Shown in pieces: positions 7,830-16,882 of a stretch of 32,000 bases of DNA (position 1 is its first letter; each line of letters begins with the position of its first letter). The position numbers and the translations under genes are program-made. This DNA is from Candidatus Saccharimonadota bacterium (GTDB taxonomy: Bacteria; Patescibacteriota; Saccharimonadia; Saccharimonadales; UBA4665). Location: NCBI GenBank assembly GCA_016700375.1, contig CP065016.1, forward strand, positions 1,110,001 through 1,142,000, written 5' to 3'. Under the pieces are notes generated by a model that worked only from the letters and a program-made list of their open reading frames with translations, had not been told where the DNA came from and made no database searches.

Positions 7830-8720
7830 ATGAAACAAAGATGGCTAGGGCTGTCTAACAATACAAAAGGGGTTACGACGGGGCTTCTGTCGGCGTTTTT
7901 CTTTGCGAGCTACCTTGTGATTAACAGATATATTTACACAGAGTTTACAGTAGATTCCCTCGCATTTGCATTTCTTTTCAATGCTCTCGCTGGTATATTT
8001 GCCGGCCTGTCACTAATGCAAAAATACAATAAAAGAAAAATGAGAAGCATTTGGCAGGACCGTTACAGAATATTACTACTTTGTATCTATGGTCTAGCGG
8101 GTATGTTATTACTTTTGATGGGTCAGCGCTATACCACGTCTATACACGCGTCGTTGCTTGTGACGGGTAGTATTGTTGCCACAATGGTGTTTTCTACTTT
8201 ATTCCTTAAAGAAAGTATAACCACACGTCAAAAATGGTGGGTAGTTGGTATGTTTGTGGGACTTTATGTTGCCATCGTGGGCGTACAAGCCATAAGCTTT
8301 CTTAGGGGCGACCTGATTATCCTAATTGGTATTATATTTTTCGGGCTAGGAAACGTATTATCAAGAAGCTTAATGCAAAGACATGATTCCGCTATCATCC
8401 CAGATTTACGGGTTTTTCTTGTAGCGGTGATTGCGGGCTTGGTGTATGTATTGTTCTTTCATTCAATAAACATCTTCTCATTAGTTGGGCTGTGGACAGT
8501 CGTATCTTCGCTATGTTTCTGGCTGACAATGAGAAGCTTCGCAGCCACTGTTCACTTAGTGAATGCGAACCACGCGATTGTACTTGTAAATGCGCAGATA
8601 GTACCAGCATCACTTGCTGGTGTTTTTCTGCTGAACGAACACTACAGTTTGGAAAAATTTGTTGGTTCGGTGATTGTTCTCGTATGTATTTACTTCATAA
8701 CGTGGAGGGGTAGGGAATAA
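7830..8720 (+). CDS. EamA/DMT-family transporter
   Basis: 296 aa and about 10 hydrophobic helices in two halves. Typical of the drug/metabolite transporter superfamily. Confidence 0.75.
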   Translation: MKQRWLGLSNNTKGVTTGLLSAFFFASYLVINRYIYTEFTVDSLAFAFLFNALAGIFAGLSLMQKYNKRKMRSIWQDRYRILLLCIYGLAGMLLLLMGQRYTTSIHASLLVTGSIVATMVFSTLFLKESITTRQKWWVVGMFVGLYVAIVGVQAISFLRGDLIILIGIIFFGLGNVLSRSLMQRHDSAIIPDLRVFLVAVIAGLVYVLFFHSINIFSLVGLWTVVSSLCFWLTMRSFAATVHLVNANHAIVLVNAQIVPASLAGVFLLNEHYSLEKFVGSVIVLVCIYFITWRGRE

Positions 8721-9283
8721 TGCCGCACATACATACCCAGCCAGGGCAGCACGATATGACGGTGAGCGCGTACATAATCCGGCGCGACGGCGATGACTGG
8801 AAATGCTTGGTACATATGCACCGTAAGGCAGGCAAGCTTATGCAGGTGGGTGGCCACGTCGAACTAGACGAAACACCATGGCAAACACTTATGCATGAAA
8901 TTCGTGACGAAAGTGGCTACCAAGTATCTGAGCTAAGTGTATTACAGGTTCTGCAGCCGCCTCATTTGGAGACTGCTGTGGTGCATCCTGCACCCTTTTC
9001 TTCAAACACGCACAATGTTGGCAACGGCCACTTTCATTCCGACTGGTGTTACGGCTTTGTCGCGGCCGACAGGCCGAGCGGCATCGTCGCGAGCGGAGAA
9101 TCGACAGATGTTCGCTGGTGTACCCTAGCCGAGCTACGCAGTCTTGCGGAGCAAGGCATATGTTTGTACGACGTCATCGATTTATACGAATTTTTGGTAA
9201 GCAACGTAAGCAGCTTTCAGCAATATCCATGCGGGCAGTACTCACTAAAAAAGCCGGCTCATGGCGAAACGGTCATACCATGA
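8720..9283 (+). CDS. NUDIX-family hydrolase with slightly degenerate Nudix box
   Basis: GHVELDETPWQTLMHEIRDESGY, i.e. GX5EX7 then HE-I-x-DE-x-G rather than REUxEExG. TAATG overlap with the EamA stop and ATGA overlap with def. Confidence 0.7.
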   Translation: MPHIHTQPGQHDMTVSAYIIRRDGDDWKCLVHMHRKAGKLMQVGGHVELDETPWQTLMHEIRDESGYQVSELSVLQVLQPPHLETAVVHPAPFSSNTHNVGNGHFHSDWCYGFVAADRPSGIVASGESTDVRWCTLAELRSLAEQGICLYDVIDLYEFLVSNVSSFQQYPCGQYSLKKPAHGETVIP

Positions 9284-9846
9284 AAGGGTTGCGCCTGACA
9301 CGGCTCGGAGACCCGTTGCTCCGGCAAGTTGCGCGTGAACTAACGGTCGCAGAAATCAAATCAGGTGAAATTCAGCAGCTTATAACAGATATGCTCAAGA
9401 CAAATGAGGTAAAAGGCGGTATGGGACTTGCCGCGCCTCAGGTTGGTGTGCCGCTGGCTCTTGCCGTTATAGACATTCGGCCAACGAAACATCGTCCGAA
9501 GGCTGAACCGTACCGGAGCGTCGTAATCAATCCGCGGTTTACTGGTGTAGGACGGAGGGTGCGCACATGGGAGGGATGTCTTAGCGCTGGAAGTGGTAGT
9601 ACCGTTTTATTTGGTCAAACACTGCAGTACAAGCGCATCCAGGCGCAGTGGCTCGATGAAGGCGGAAGGGCACATGACGAAGAACTCTCGGGCTTAGTGG
9701 CGCACGTTTTTCAGCACGAAACCGAACACCTACAAGGTGTTCTATTTGTAGACAGAGTGCAAGATACTAAAACATTTATGGTAGCGAGTGAATACCGCAA
9801 AAGAATTCTAAAAAAGGCTTCTTTAGGTCAAGACAATACCGTATAA
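9280..9846 (+). CDS. def: peptide deformylase
   Basis: ORF 9046..9846 trimmed to ATG 9280 (MKGLRLTRLGDPLLRQ). All three PDF motifs are present: GMGLAAPQVG, EGCLS, QHETEHLQG. Confidence 0.85.
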   Translation: MKGLRLTRLGDPLLRQVARELTVAEIKSGEIQQLITDMLKTNEVKGGMGLAAPQVGVPLALAVIDIRPTKHRPKAEPYRSVVINPRFTGVGRRVRTWEGCLSAGSGSTVLFGQTLQYKRIQAQWLDEGGRAHDEELSGLVAHVFQHETEHLQGVLFVDRVQDTKTFMVASEYRKRILKKASLGQDNTV

Positions 9847-9877
9847 TCGCCAGAAATAGTAATGGCAAAGGAGTAGC

Positions 9878-10927
9878 ATGCGGTCAAAATCAAAAAAACT
9901 GTGGATTGTAGCAGGAGTTCTCTTGGTCATGACAGGAGGGACGCTATGGTTATTTGGCGGGAATTCTCCACAAGATCGCTTGAGCCAAGAAGACTGCACC
10001 AGTTATGAGCAATATGATGAAAAAGGTGGCTCTTGCTATTACGACTGTGAAACAGATGAAGAATGCGCGACGATTGAGCAGAAGATAAATGCCGAACTTG
10101 ATAGCTATTTTGAAGGCTCTCAAGCAAAAGTGGCTCCGACAAAACCTAAGCCTCAGCCTGCTGTCGAGCAACCCCAAAATACAAACGACCAGCCCACAAA
10201 ACAGTACACCCTCGAGGAAACCGGCTCGGACACGCGGGGCAAAGTATATACGGTCACTACATCGCAGGAGCTTTCGCCGCAACCACGTAGCCGTGATGCT
10301 GAACTATGGCAGTTATTCACCCGGGTAGCGAGCAAGCAAACCATTAGCGAAAGGTTGCTGACGTTTGAGGTGTTCTCTGATGCAAATAACGACAGCGCAG
10401 CTTCTGTGTGGCAGAGTCAAGATAACCCGGCCAAATGGCACATGAATGTCAATGCCGCCTTTATGGATGACCGCAAAGACCTTATACATACCATGGTGCA
10501 CGAGTTTGGTCACATTGTCACCCTTAACACGACTCAGGTAGAACGAGTGAGCGGGAGCTGTCCTAGGTTGGAAATACCCGAAGGTTGCACAAAAGCGGGG
10601 TCATACTTAGCAAATTTTGAGTCTCGTTTCTGGGCCAAATATGGCTCCAGCGTCCCAGGTAATTACGGTGACGACCAAGACGAAGTTACGACATTTTACC
10701 AAGGCAAAGAAGATGCTTTCGTTACCGAATATGCCGCCACAAACCCCATTGAAGACTTGGCGGAAACGTGGGCGTACTTTGTACTACGTGCGAAACCAGC
10801 TGACACAAGCGAAAAAAGCCAGAAAATACTCTCACTCTACGACTACCCCGAACTGGTTCAGCTGCGTGACCGCATACGGGCAAATGTAGGCAACGAACTG
10901 ACGCAGCGCAATTTGCTAAAGCGTTAG
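9878..10927 (+). CDS. membrane-anchored/secreted protein with HExxH motif (putative zinc metallopeptidase)
   Basis: N-terminal anchor KKLWIVAGVLLVMTGGTLWLF. Low-complexity P/Q/T linker. MVHEFGHIV (HExxH) with a downstream EDLAETWAYF. RBS aaggag. Confidence 0.6.
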   Translation: MRSKSKKLWIVAGVLLVMTGGTLWLFGGNSPQDRLSQEDCTSYEQYDEKGGSCYYDCETDEECATIEQKINAELDSYFEGSQAKVAPTKPKPQPAVEQPQNTNDQPTKQYTLEETGSDTRGKVYTVTTSQELSPQPRSRDAELWQLFTRVASKQTISERLLTFEVFSDANNDSAASVWQSQDNPAKWHMNVNAAFMDDRKDLIHTMVHEFGHIVTLNTTQVERVSGSCPRLEIPEGCTKAGSYLANFESRFWAKYGSSVPGNYGDDQDEVTTFYQGKEDAFVTEYAATNPIEDLAETWAYFVLRAKPADTSEKSQKILSLYDYPELVQLRDRIRANVGNELTQRNLLKR

Positions 10928-10940
10928 AAAAGATTAGTTT

Positions 10941-11585
10941 TTATTCGAAGTGCAGTTTGTACGAAGCGGCTAGTTTATCTTTGTAGCTTGCGTCTACTCC
11001 GTCTAGGTTGACGCCAGACAGCAGGAATACGACATTGCTATTACGAACATAAAGTTGCTGGTTCGCTTCTTTGCTACCGTCCGTGCGGTTTCGTGACCAG
11101 AAAAAGGCTTCATCGCCCACACCAGACTTATCTTCCTTCAGGTAATAAACGGTGTCGCCGTATTTTTCGGTGCTGCGTACGCTATTCATTTCAGTTTTGG
11201 CGGCAGCCTCATCGGCGTACTGCCGGTAGGAAATAACGAACGTCACGCCCTTACCACTGTCTGTTTCGTTGTAATCGCACTCAAATTGTTTTGTGTTTGG
11301 TCCGGTTATCTCGCTGACTTTTGCGGTGCTATTATCGTCGTCAGTAAAAGTAACACCCCACACTGGCGCCAGCTCTGCAAATGTGTACGTCGAGCAATCG
11401 GCCAGCTCTCCAACAGCTTTAAACGGAATCTTTGGTGAGTCTGAAGTGGTGGTATTCTTTTGCTGACTTGCTGAACTTTTGTTTGAGCTGTCTGTCTTGG
11501 CGGTATCTTTATCCATGAGGATAAAGCCCGCTCCGCCCACGACAACCACCATGGCAATAATGGAAAGTAATATCTTTGGTTTCAT
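10941..11585 (-). CDS. hypothetical membrane-anchored/secreted protein
   Basis: N-terminal anchor KILLSIIAMVVVVGGAGFIL followed by an S/T/K-rich linker. Strong RBS (aggagga) 5 nt upstream. No family recognised. Confidence 0.6.
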   Translation of the reverse strand: MKPKILLSIIAMVVVVGGAGFILMDKDTAKTDSSNKSSASQQKNTTTSDSPKIPFKAVGELADCSTYTFAELAPVWGVTFTDDDNSTAKVSEITGPNTKQFECDYNETDSGKGVTFVISYRQYADEAAAKTEMNSVRSTEKYGDTVYYLKEDKSGVGDEAFFWSRNRTDGSKEANQQLYVRNSNVVFLLSGVNLDGVDASYKDKLAASYKLHFE

Positions 11586-11640
11586 AGTTCCTCCTCTTAC
11601 TTACTAAATACCATGCTAGCGTATTTGCTGAGAAATAGTA

Positions 11641-11823
11641 AGGCCCCTTGCATAATCAACCATCCCATCCACCAGACTCCCTTCCAGCCATCTCATGGCT
11701 TACGTCCTCGCTCTCTCGGTCGCCGTAACTACGGTTACGGCTCTGTCGGTCACTCCTGGCGCACTCATGATTTGACTGAAATGGAGCTGGTTCTTGTGAG
11801 AAGGTTATTTATGCAAGGGGCCT
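11641..11823. repeat. 183-bp element closed by 15-bp perfect inverted repeats (MITE-like or structured RNA)
   Basis: Arms aggccccttgcataa (11641..11655) and ttatgcaaggggcct (11809..11823), extendable imperfectly to about 25 bp. Internal hairpins agccat-ctc-atggct (11686..11700) and gccgtaac-tacg-gttacggc (11722..11741). Helix ccagactcc (11672..11680) pairs with ggagctgg (11783..11790). Confidence 0.4.
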
Positions 11824-12227
11824 AAGTAAGAATTCTCGCAGATGTTTTACTCGTGTCAGGCTCCCACTATACTGAACACATCCCTCAGACAGCCTAGCTA
11901 GTAACAGAGGCATATAATTTGTAAGATTCTGGTACATAGAACCACGAGGAGTGTTTCGTATATGGCCAAGCATTACCGCTCCTGGCCAAGACGGGCAAAT
12001 TGTGGGTGTCATGGCCTAAGCAGTCCGCCGAGGTTGCAACTGACCTGACCGGCAATACCGTCCGCGAATATATGCTAACAACCGGTCTTGTTGATGTATA
12101 AGTCGCTGCCATTGACTCATTCTGGTCTGGGTTACAGTTTGTTTACCGCATGAAAGACAGACAACGGTAGCAGCAGCTAGTTACTAGACTTGGGTAGTGA
12201 TTTACAGTATACCTCCGGGGATATAGA

Positions 12228-12914
12228 ATGAGTGGAATGGACAACGCACCCCATTTGGTACCGCGCGAACAGATTTTGGCTGGCTTTAACTTTCGGCATG
12301 CCGCCAAGCGGTTTGACTCTACAAAAACTGTATCTAACGAAGACTTTGAGCTACTGCTTGAAGTAGCCCGGTTATCGCCGAGCTCATTTGGGCTAGAACC
12401 ATGGAATATCATCATTGCAAACGGTGCGTTGCGCAAGGGGCTTACGCCACTGTGCTGGGGGGCGCAGGGCCAGCTACCGACCGCCAGCCACTTCATCATA
12501 TTTACCGCCAAGACATCTGGGGCAATGGCACCGGGTGCTCCATACGCAAAAAAGGCGTTGCAGTCAGTACGGGGCATGAGCAAGGTAGAAGCGGATGAGT
12601 ACGTGGCATTTTATAAAAAATGGCTTACGGATGACTACGCCAGACTCAATGCGCCGGAACTACTGCACGAGTGGGCGGCGCGTCAGGCCTACATTGCCAT
12701 GGCAAATATGATGACCGTAGCAGCAATGCGCGGGATTGATTCATGCGCAATCGAAGGCTTCAATGTTCAAAAAGTAACAACCTTACTTGCTGCAAAAAAA
12801 CTAATCGACCCCCGCCAAGACCTGCCTGTTGTCATGCTAGCTCTCGGCTACCGCATAGACCCGCCCAAGCCCAAAACCCGCCGCCCCATGGGTGAGATTA
12901 TGAAGGAAGCTTAG
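12228..12914 (+). CDS. NAD(P)H nitroreductase family protein
   Basis: FNFRHAAKRFDSTKTVSNEDFELLLEVARLSPSSFGLEPW plus C-terminal IDSCAIEGF...LALGYR, the classical nitroreductase-fold pattern. Confidence 0.85.
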   Translation: MSGMDNAPHLVPREQILAGFNFRHAAKRFDSTKTVSNEDFELLLEVARLSPSSFGLEPWNIIIANGALRKGLTPLCWGAQGQLPTASHFIIFTAKTSGAMAPGAPYAKKALQSVRGMSKVEADEYVAFYKKWLTDDYARLNAPELLHEWAARQAYIAMANMMTVAAMRGIDSCAIEGFNVQKVTTLLAAKKLIDPRQDLPVVMLALGYRIDPPKPKTRRPMGEIMKEA

Positions 12915-12916
12915 CG

Positions 12917-13168
12917 GTGACCCAGTCTGTTTTTGTAGAAATACCAGGGGTTGGCCCATCGCTGGCTCGCGACCTAGAGTCGTTGGGTTATACGGCGATT
13001 GATGGTCTCCGAGGTGAAAACCCCGAGCAAATGTATGAACGCTTGCAAGCCAACGCCGGTGTGCATATAGACCGCTGTGTGCTTTACACTTTCCGTTGTG
13101 CCGTGTATTACGCTTCCGGCGGCCGTGATGCAGAGAAACTAAAATGGTGGAACTGGAAAGACCAGTGA
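12917..13168 (+). CDS. helix-hairpin-helix domain protein (Cdd1 'pathogenicity locus'-like family)
   Basis: 83 aa with a GTG start. EIPGVGPSLARDLESLGY (HhH) and the ...CVLYTFRCAVYYAS pattern. Confidence 0.6.
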   Translation: MTQSVFVEIPGVGPSLARDLESLGYTAIDGLRGENPEQMYERLQANAGVHIDRCVLYTFRCAVYYASGGRDAEKLKWWNWKDQ

Positions 13169-13354
13169 AGGTTATAGGTGGTAAGGGCGTAGAGGTAATC
13201 CGCCCAGCCTCCAAAAAGAAATAACCTGCTATTTCTCTCGCCTCAAATTCTCCGCCGCCATTACCCGCAGCGCCAAAAATGTCTTTTTGCCCTCTCCGGA
13301 AAATTTGTCCATTAGCCGGGTAGGGTTGTTAAGTAAAAAACATGACCATAGGGT

Positions 13355-13360
13355 TATAAT
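13355..13360 (+). promoter_or_regulatory. candidate -10 box (TATAAT) 8 nt upstream of the rloC-like ATG
   Basis: tataat at 13355..13360, spacer aaggtgaa, ATG at 13369. Confidence 0.4.
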
Positions 13361-13368
13361 AAGGTGAA

Positions 13369-15531
13369 ATGAGAACAGATAGGGTAAGTAAGGTCGTTAA
13401 GTATACTCTTAAGTCCTATGTTAAATATACTGGGCCAGATGACCTTTTTGATCGTGCCAACATATTCTTTGCGCAAAACGGTCAGGGTAAGAGTGCATTA
13501 GCGCTGGGAATTCGTGATGAATATCTTAAGTCTAATTCTGAAGATGGTTTAAGAATATATAACAATGACTATGTCGAGGCAAAATTACGAGCTAGTGAAG
13601 GTTCGGGTAACATTCGTGGAGTTAAATTGAACTTTGGGGATAACGCCAGCATAGAAGAGCAACTCTCGATGCTTGAAAAGGAACGAGCAGAGATATTGAG
13701 CGAGGCTGAGGCGCTTGAGAATGAGAATAAAACCCTTATAAAAACTACCGAGGATACTATTCACGATATTTTCACCCGACGTAAAGGAAAATCAAAGATA
13801 AAAACAAAATCCCATAAAGATGGAGTGCACGAAAAAGTTGTTGGTCTTTGGGTAGATGAATATATTGAAGCGCTAAAGCTTTTCCCGAAAGAGGATTACG
13901 GAATCATTTCAGGCGAGGATAATCTCAGTAAAAACCTAGATGCAATCACTAACGTTAATTTACCATCCATTGTCTTGCCAACAGATGAAGATTACCGAGA
14001 AATCGGAAGGATTCTCAATAAAACGTATGATACATCTACTATCCCAGTTCCAGAGGTTGTGAAATGGCTTGAAATAGGGGTTGGACTTCATCATGGCAAG
14101 CAGGCATGCGAGTTTTGCCTAAGCAAAGTTGATATTATCGAAATTGAAGACAGAGTAGCAAAGTACACACAGAATGCACAAAGTATTGATAGCAAGAAAA
14201 TTGAGGATATTATTAGTAGCATCGCCAGCATTGCGACAAAGGTGAGAGGCCTTGTTACCAGCAAACTGGGCATACTAATTGCATTTGACAATCATACTGA
14301 TGCAGAGTTGTTCTTTAATGACTTAGAGATCCAGCTTGAATATACTGAAAAGTATACGACGGCCTTATCAGAAAAACTCAATAACATGGCTGGTCAAAAA
14401 GAAGATATCTCCGGCGACCTAAAAAATACCCTAAAATTAATTGATAGCAATATAGATGACCTCAGGCGCGTCAAGGCCGAGCTCAAGACCGGTTACGAGA
14501 AGCGTATCAATCGGCTTGAGGTGCTCGTTAAGGGTGGTATCGGCTATGAGATAAAAAACAACGAAGTCATAAATAATAATATTACAACATATAACAACAA
14601 CCTAAAAAAGCTTTCTTACCTTAGAAAAGACTATCGTAAAAGGATGACCGTAATCAATGACCTGAAAGACAGCAAATCTGATCTCTCCGATTTCGCTAAG
14701 TATCTAAACGAGATTTTAGCCGATATCAATATAGGATTTAAACTTCGACTTGATACTACCGATAAATCCTATTTCATCGAAAACATTGCAACTGAGGAAA
14801 AACTACACATCAAAGACATTAGTGAGGGGGAACGTAATTTTCTTGCACTCATCTACTTCTACTACGAGATGTTGGGCGATGATGGAAAAACATTAAGAGA
14901 TGGCATTAATGTTGTTATTATTGATGACCCTATTTCAAGCCTTGATGATGAGAATAGGTTTTACATACTTGAGCTTGTCAAAAAAGTGATTGACGATAAG
15001 AGCTTTCAGTCATTCGTGTTCACCCATGCATGGCACGACTTCTATGACCTTTGTTATGGTAAGAATGAAGACCAGCATATTAGGAAGTATGAGATTCGTA
15101 AAGTAAACGGTAAAAGTATCGTGTATGCAGCTAAGAGCATCATAAATCCGTATAGAAAATTATTCAAAAAAGTTTTTGATTTCTCAGAGAAGAGCTTTGG
15201 GGACCTAGATTTGGATGAAATACTTCATACGCCAAATACCATGAGGCGTGTCCTTGAGGAGTACATGCGTTTTAATCACGGTATTGAATTTGCAACTCAA
15301 GCAAACTACAACAAGATAGCCCGGGCGCTAATGCGTCAAGAGGTTGCAAAAATAAGTACTAAAAATGAAACTAAAATTAGAACTCTGTTAACTGTTTGTA
15401 ATGTCTTGTCGCATGGTACCCCACGTGCTAAATCTGCAAGCGACATACACAATAGTGCCAAATTTCTTATGGGTAGATTTAAGGATATTGATAAGTATCA
15501 TTATGATGAAATGAGGCAATTGGATGAATAG
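13369..15531 (+). CDS. AAA_13-family ABC-type ATPase, RloC/PrrC-like (putative anticodon nuclease) with coiled-coil CxxC zinc hook
   Basis: 720 aa. Walker A AQNGQGKS (aa 35-42). About 440 aa of helical insert with CEFC at aa 247-250 (nt 14107..14118). ABC signature ISEGERNFLAL, Walker B VVIIDDPISSLDD, H-loop FTHAW. C-terminal domain has NTMRRVLEEYMRF ... NVLSHGTPR (an R/E/H arrangement as in PrrC-type nucleases). AT-rich compared with its neighbours. Confidence 0.75.
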   Translation: MRTDRVSKVVKYTLKSYVKYTGPDDLFDRANIFFAQNGQGKSALALGIRDEYLKSNSEDGLRIYNNDYVEAKLRASEGSGNIRGVKLNFGDNASIEEQLSMLEKERAEILSEAEALENENKTLIKTTEDTIHDIFTRRKGKSKIKTKSHKDGVHEKVVGLWVDEYIEALKLFPKEDYGIISGEDNLSKNLDAITNVNLPSIVLPTDEDYREIGRILNKTYDTSTIPVPEVVKWLEIGVGLHHGKQACEFCLSKVDIIEIEDRVAKYTQNAQSIDSKKIEDIISSIASIATKVRGLVTSKLGILIAFDNHTDAELFFNDLEIQLEYTEKYTTALSEKLNNMAGQKEDISGDLKNTLKLIDSNIDDLRRVKAELKTGYEKRINRLEVLVKGGIGYEIKNNEVINNNITTYNNNLKKLSYLRKDYRKRMTVINDLKDSKSDLSDFAKYLNEILADINIGFKLRLDTTDKSYFIENIATEEKLHIKDISEGERNFLALIYFYYEMLGDDGKTLRDGINVVIIDDPISSLDDENRFYILELVKKVIDDKSFQSFVFTHAWHDFYDLCYGKNEDQHIRKYEIRKVNGKSIVYAAKSIINPYRKLFKKVFDFSEKSFGDLDLDEILHTPNTMRRVLEEYMRFNHGIEFATQANYNKIARALMRQEVAKISTKNETKIRTLLTVCNVLSHGTPRAKSASDIHNSAKFLMGRFKDIDKYHYDEMRQLDE

Positions 15532-16795
15532 CATTAACTGTCCGAAATGTGGAAGTTCAATAGACATTGATGAAGTGCTAAGTGGGCAGATTGAGGCACG
15601 GGTGATTGCGTCGGAGCATCAGAAGCATCTGGCTGAGATTGAGAAGTTGAAGTCCGAAGACGAGCAGAGGCGTGTCGAGGAGCGTAAGGCGTTTGAGGCT
15701 ACAGCGAACGAAAAAATTAAGGCACAGCAGGAACTGTTAGAGGAAAAGTCGCGCCAATCACTTGAACTTGAGCGTGAAAAAATGAAAGTGCAGCTGGAAG
15801 GCGAAGCTAAGAAGAAAGCGCAAGAGCAAGAATTACTTATTGAGCAGCTCCGTGAAGATGCGAAATCTGATAAAGAATCAGCAATGGAATTACGTGAACT
15901 TGTGAAAGAGTTACGCGAGGATTTACGTGGTGAGAAGAAAGCCCGTGAGAACGCCGAGCTGGAGGCTCAGAAGAAACTCAGCGAGTCAGAGGATAAAATT
16001 CGTCAAGATGCTTTGAAGACTTCCGATGAATCACATCGTCTGAAAATGCTTGAGATGGAAAAGAAGCTTACCGATACACAAGCGGCTTTAGAGGCTGCTC
16101 AACGCAAAGCGAGTCAAGGTTCACAACAAAATCAAGGTGAAGTGCTAGAGCTGGATCTCGAACAGCGTCTACGCGAAGAATTCCCATTTGATGACATTAC
16201 AGAGGTGAAAAAGGGGCAACGCGGTGCTGACGTACGACAAACAGTAAAAAATAAATCGTTTAAACCCTGTGGTGCTATATTGTACGAAACAAAGAATGGC
16301 AAGTGGCAACCTGCATGGGTTGCGAAGTTCAAAGTTGATATTCGAGAGGCTGGCGCAAATGTAGGTATCATCGTTAGTCAAGAATTACCGCAAGAATATG
16401 GCGATATGTGCCAGCTTGATGGTGTTTGGGTGTGCAAACCAGTTCTTGCACCTGTGCTTGCTGCTGCGCTTCGTAACGCAATACTGCAAGTTGATATCGC
16501 TAATCACAATAACGAGAACAAGGATGAAAAATTAGAGGGTTTGTATCAGTTTTTGGTTGGTCCAGAGTTTCGGCATCGTGTAGAAGCCATCGTTGAGAAC
16601 TACGGACTTATGCAGGCAGAAATTGAAAAAGAAAAACGTACAGCAGCATTGCGCTGGAGTCGACAAGAAAAGTCAATCCGTGCTGTAATAGATAACACAT
16701 TAGGTATGTATGGTGACCTGCAGGGGATAACGGGCGGAGCACTTACGAGTATTAAAGCTATAGAAGCCGAAGTAGGCGAAGATGTCGAGGACTGA
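15524..16795 (+). CDS. DUF2130-like protein: CxxC knuckle, long coiled coil, C-terminal PD-(D/E)xK-type motif
   Basis: 423 aa. INCPKCGS at the N-terminus. About 190 aa of E/K/Q/R-rich heptad sequence. Then FPFDDITEVKKGQRGAD(236)V...AILYE(255)TK(257)NGK. The start overlaps the upstream stop by 8 nt (ATGAATAG). Confidence 0.7.
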   Translation: MNSINCPKCGSSIDIDEVLSGQIEARVIASEHQKHLAEIEKLKSEDEQRRVEERKAFEATANEKIKAQQELLEEKSRQSLELEREKMKVQLEGEAKKKAQEQELLIEQLREDAKSDKESAMELRELVKELREDLRGEKKARENAELEAQKKLSESEDKIRQDALKTSDESHRLKMLEMEKKLTDTQAALEAAQRKASQGSQQNQGEVLELDLEQRLREEFPFDDITEVKKGQRGADVRQTVKNKSFKPCGAILYETKNGKWQPAWVAKFKVDIREAGANVGIIVSQELPQEYGDMCQLDGVWVCKPVLAPVLAAALRNAILQVDIANHNNENKDEKLEGLYQFLVGPEFRHRVEAIVENYGLMQAEIEKEKRTAALRWSRQEKSIRAVIDNTLGMYGDLQGITGGALTSIKAIEAEVGEDVED

Positions 16796-16882
16796 TTAGC
16801 TTGAGATTTATTTGAGGCGCGGCTTGATATCTTTTTTGCTTCGGAGTCGTTGAGTTTTGCGAAGAGTCAGGCAGTTCGGTTT

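Noticed and set aside
12040-12052. The minus strand reads CCGGUCAGGUCAG, resembling the conserved GGUCAGGUCC 5' strand of SRP RNA helix 8. A nearby AAGCAGUCC on the plus strand resembles the 3' strand.
   Set aside because: The two halves lie on opposite strands and in the wrong order. There is no GNRA/GGAA tetraloop, and the local fold (AGGU/ACCU with an 8-nt loop) does not reproduce the helix 8 loops.
13229-13330. A GC-rich minus-strand reading frame ending ...RLMDKFSGEGKKTFLALRVMAAENLRREK* at the left edge of the AT-rich rloC-like module. It might be the truncated 3' end of a host gene cut by island insertion.
   Set aside because: Only about 30 codons have host-like composition. There is no start, RBS or recognisable family, and it is too short to distinguish from chance without a database search.
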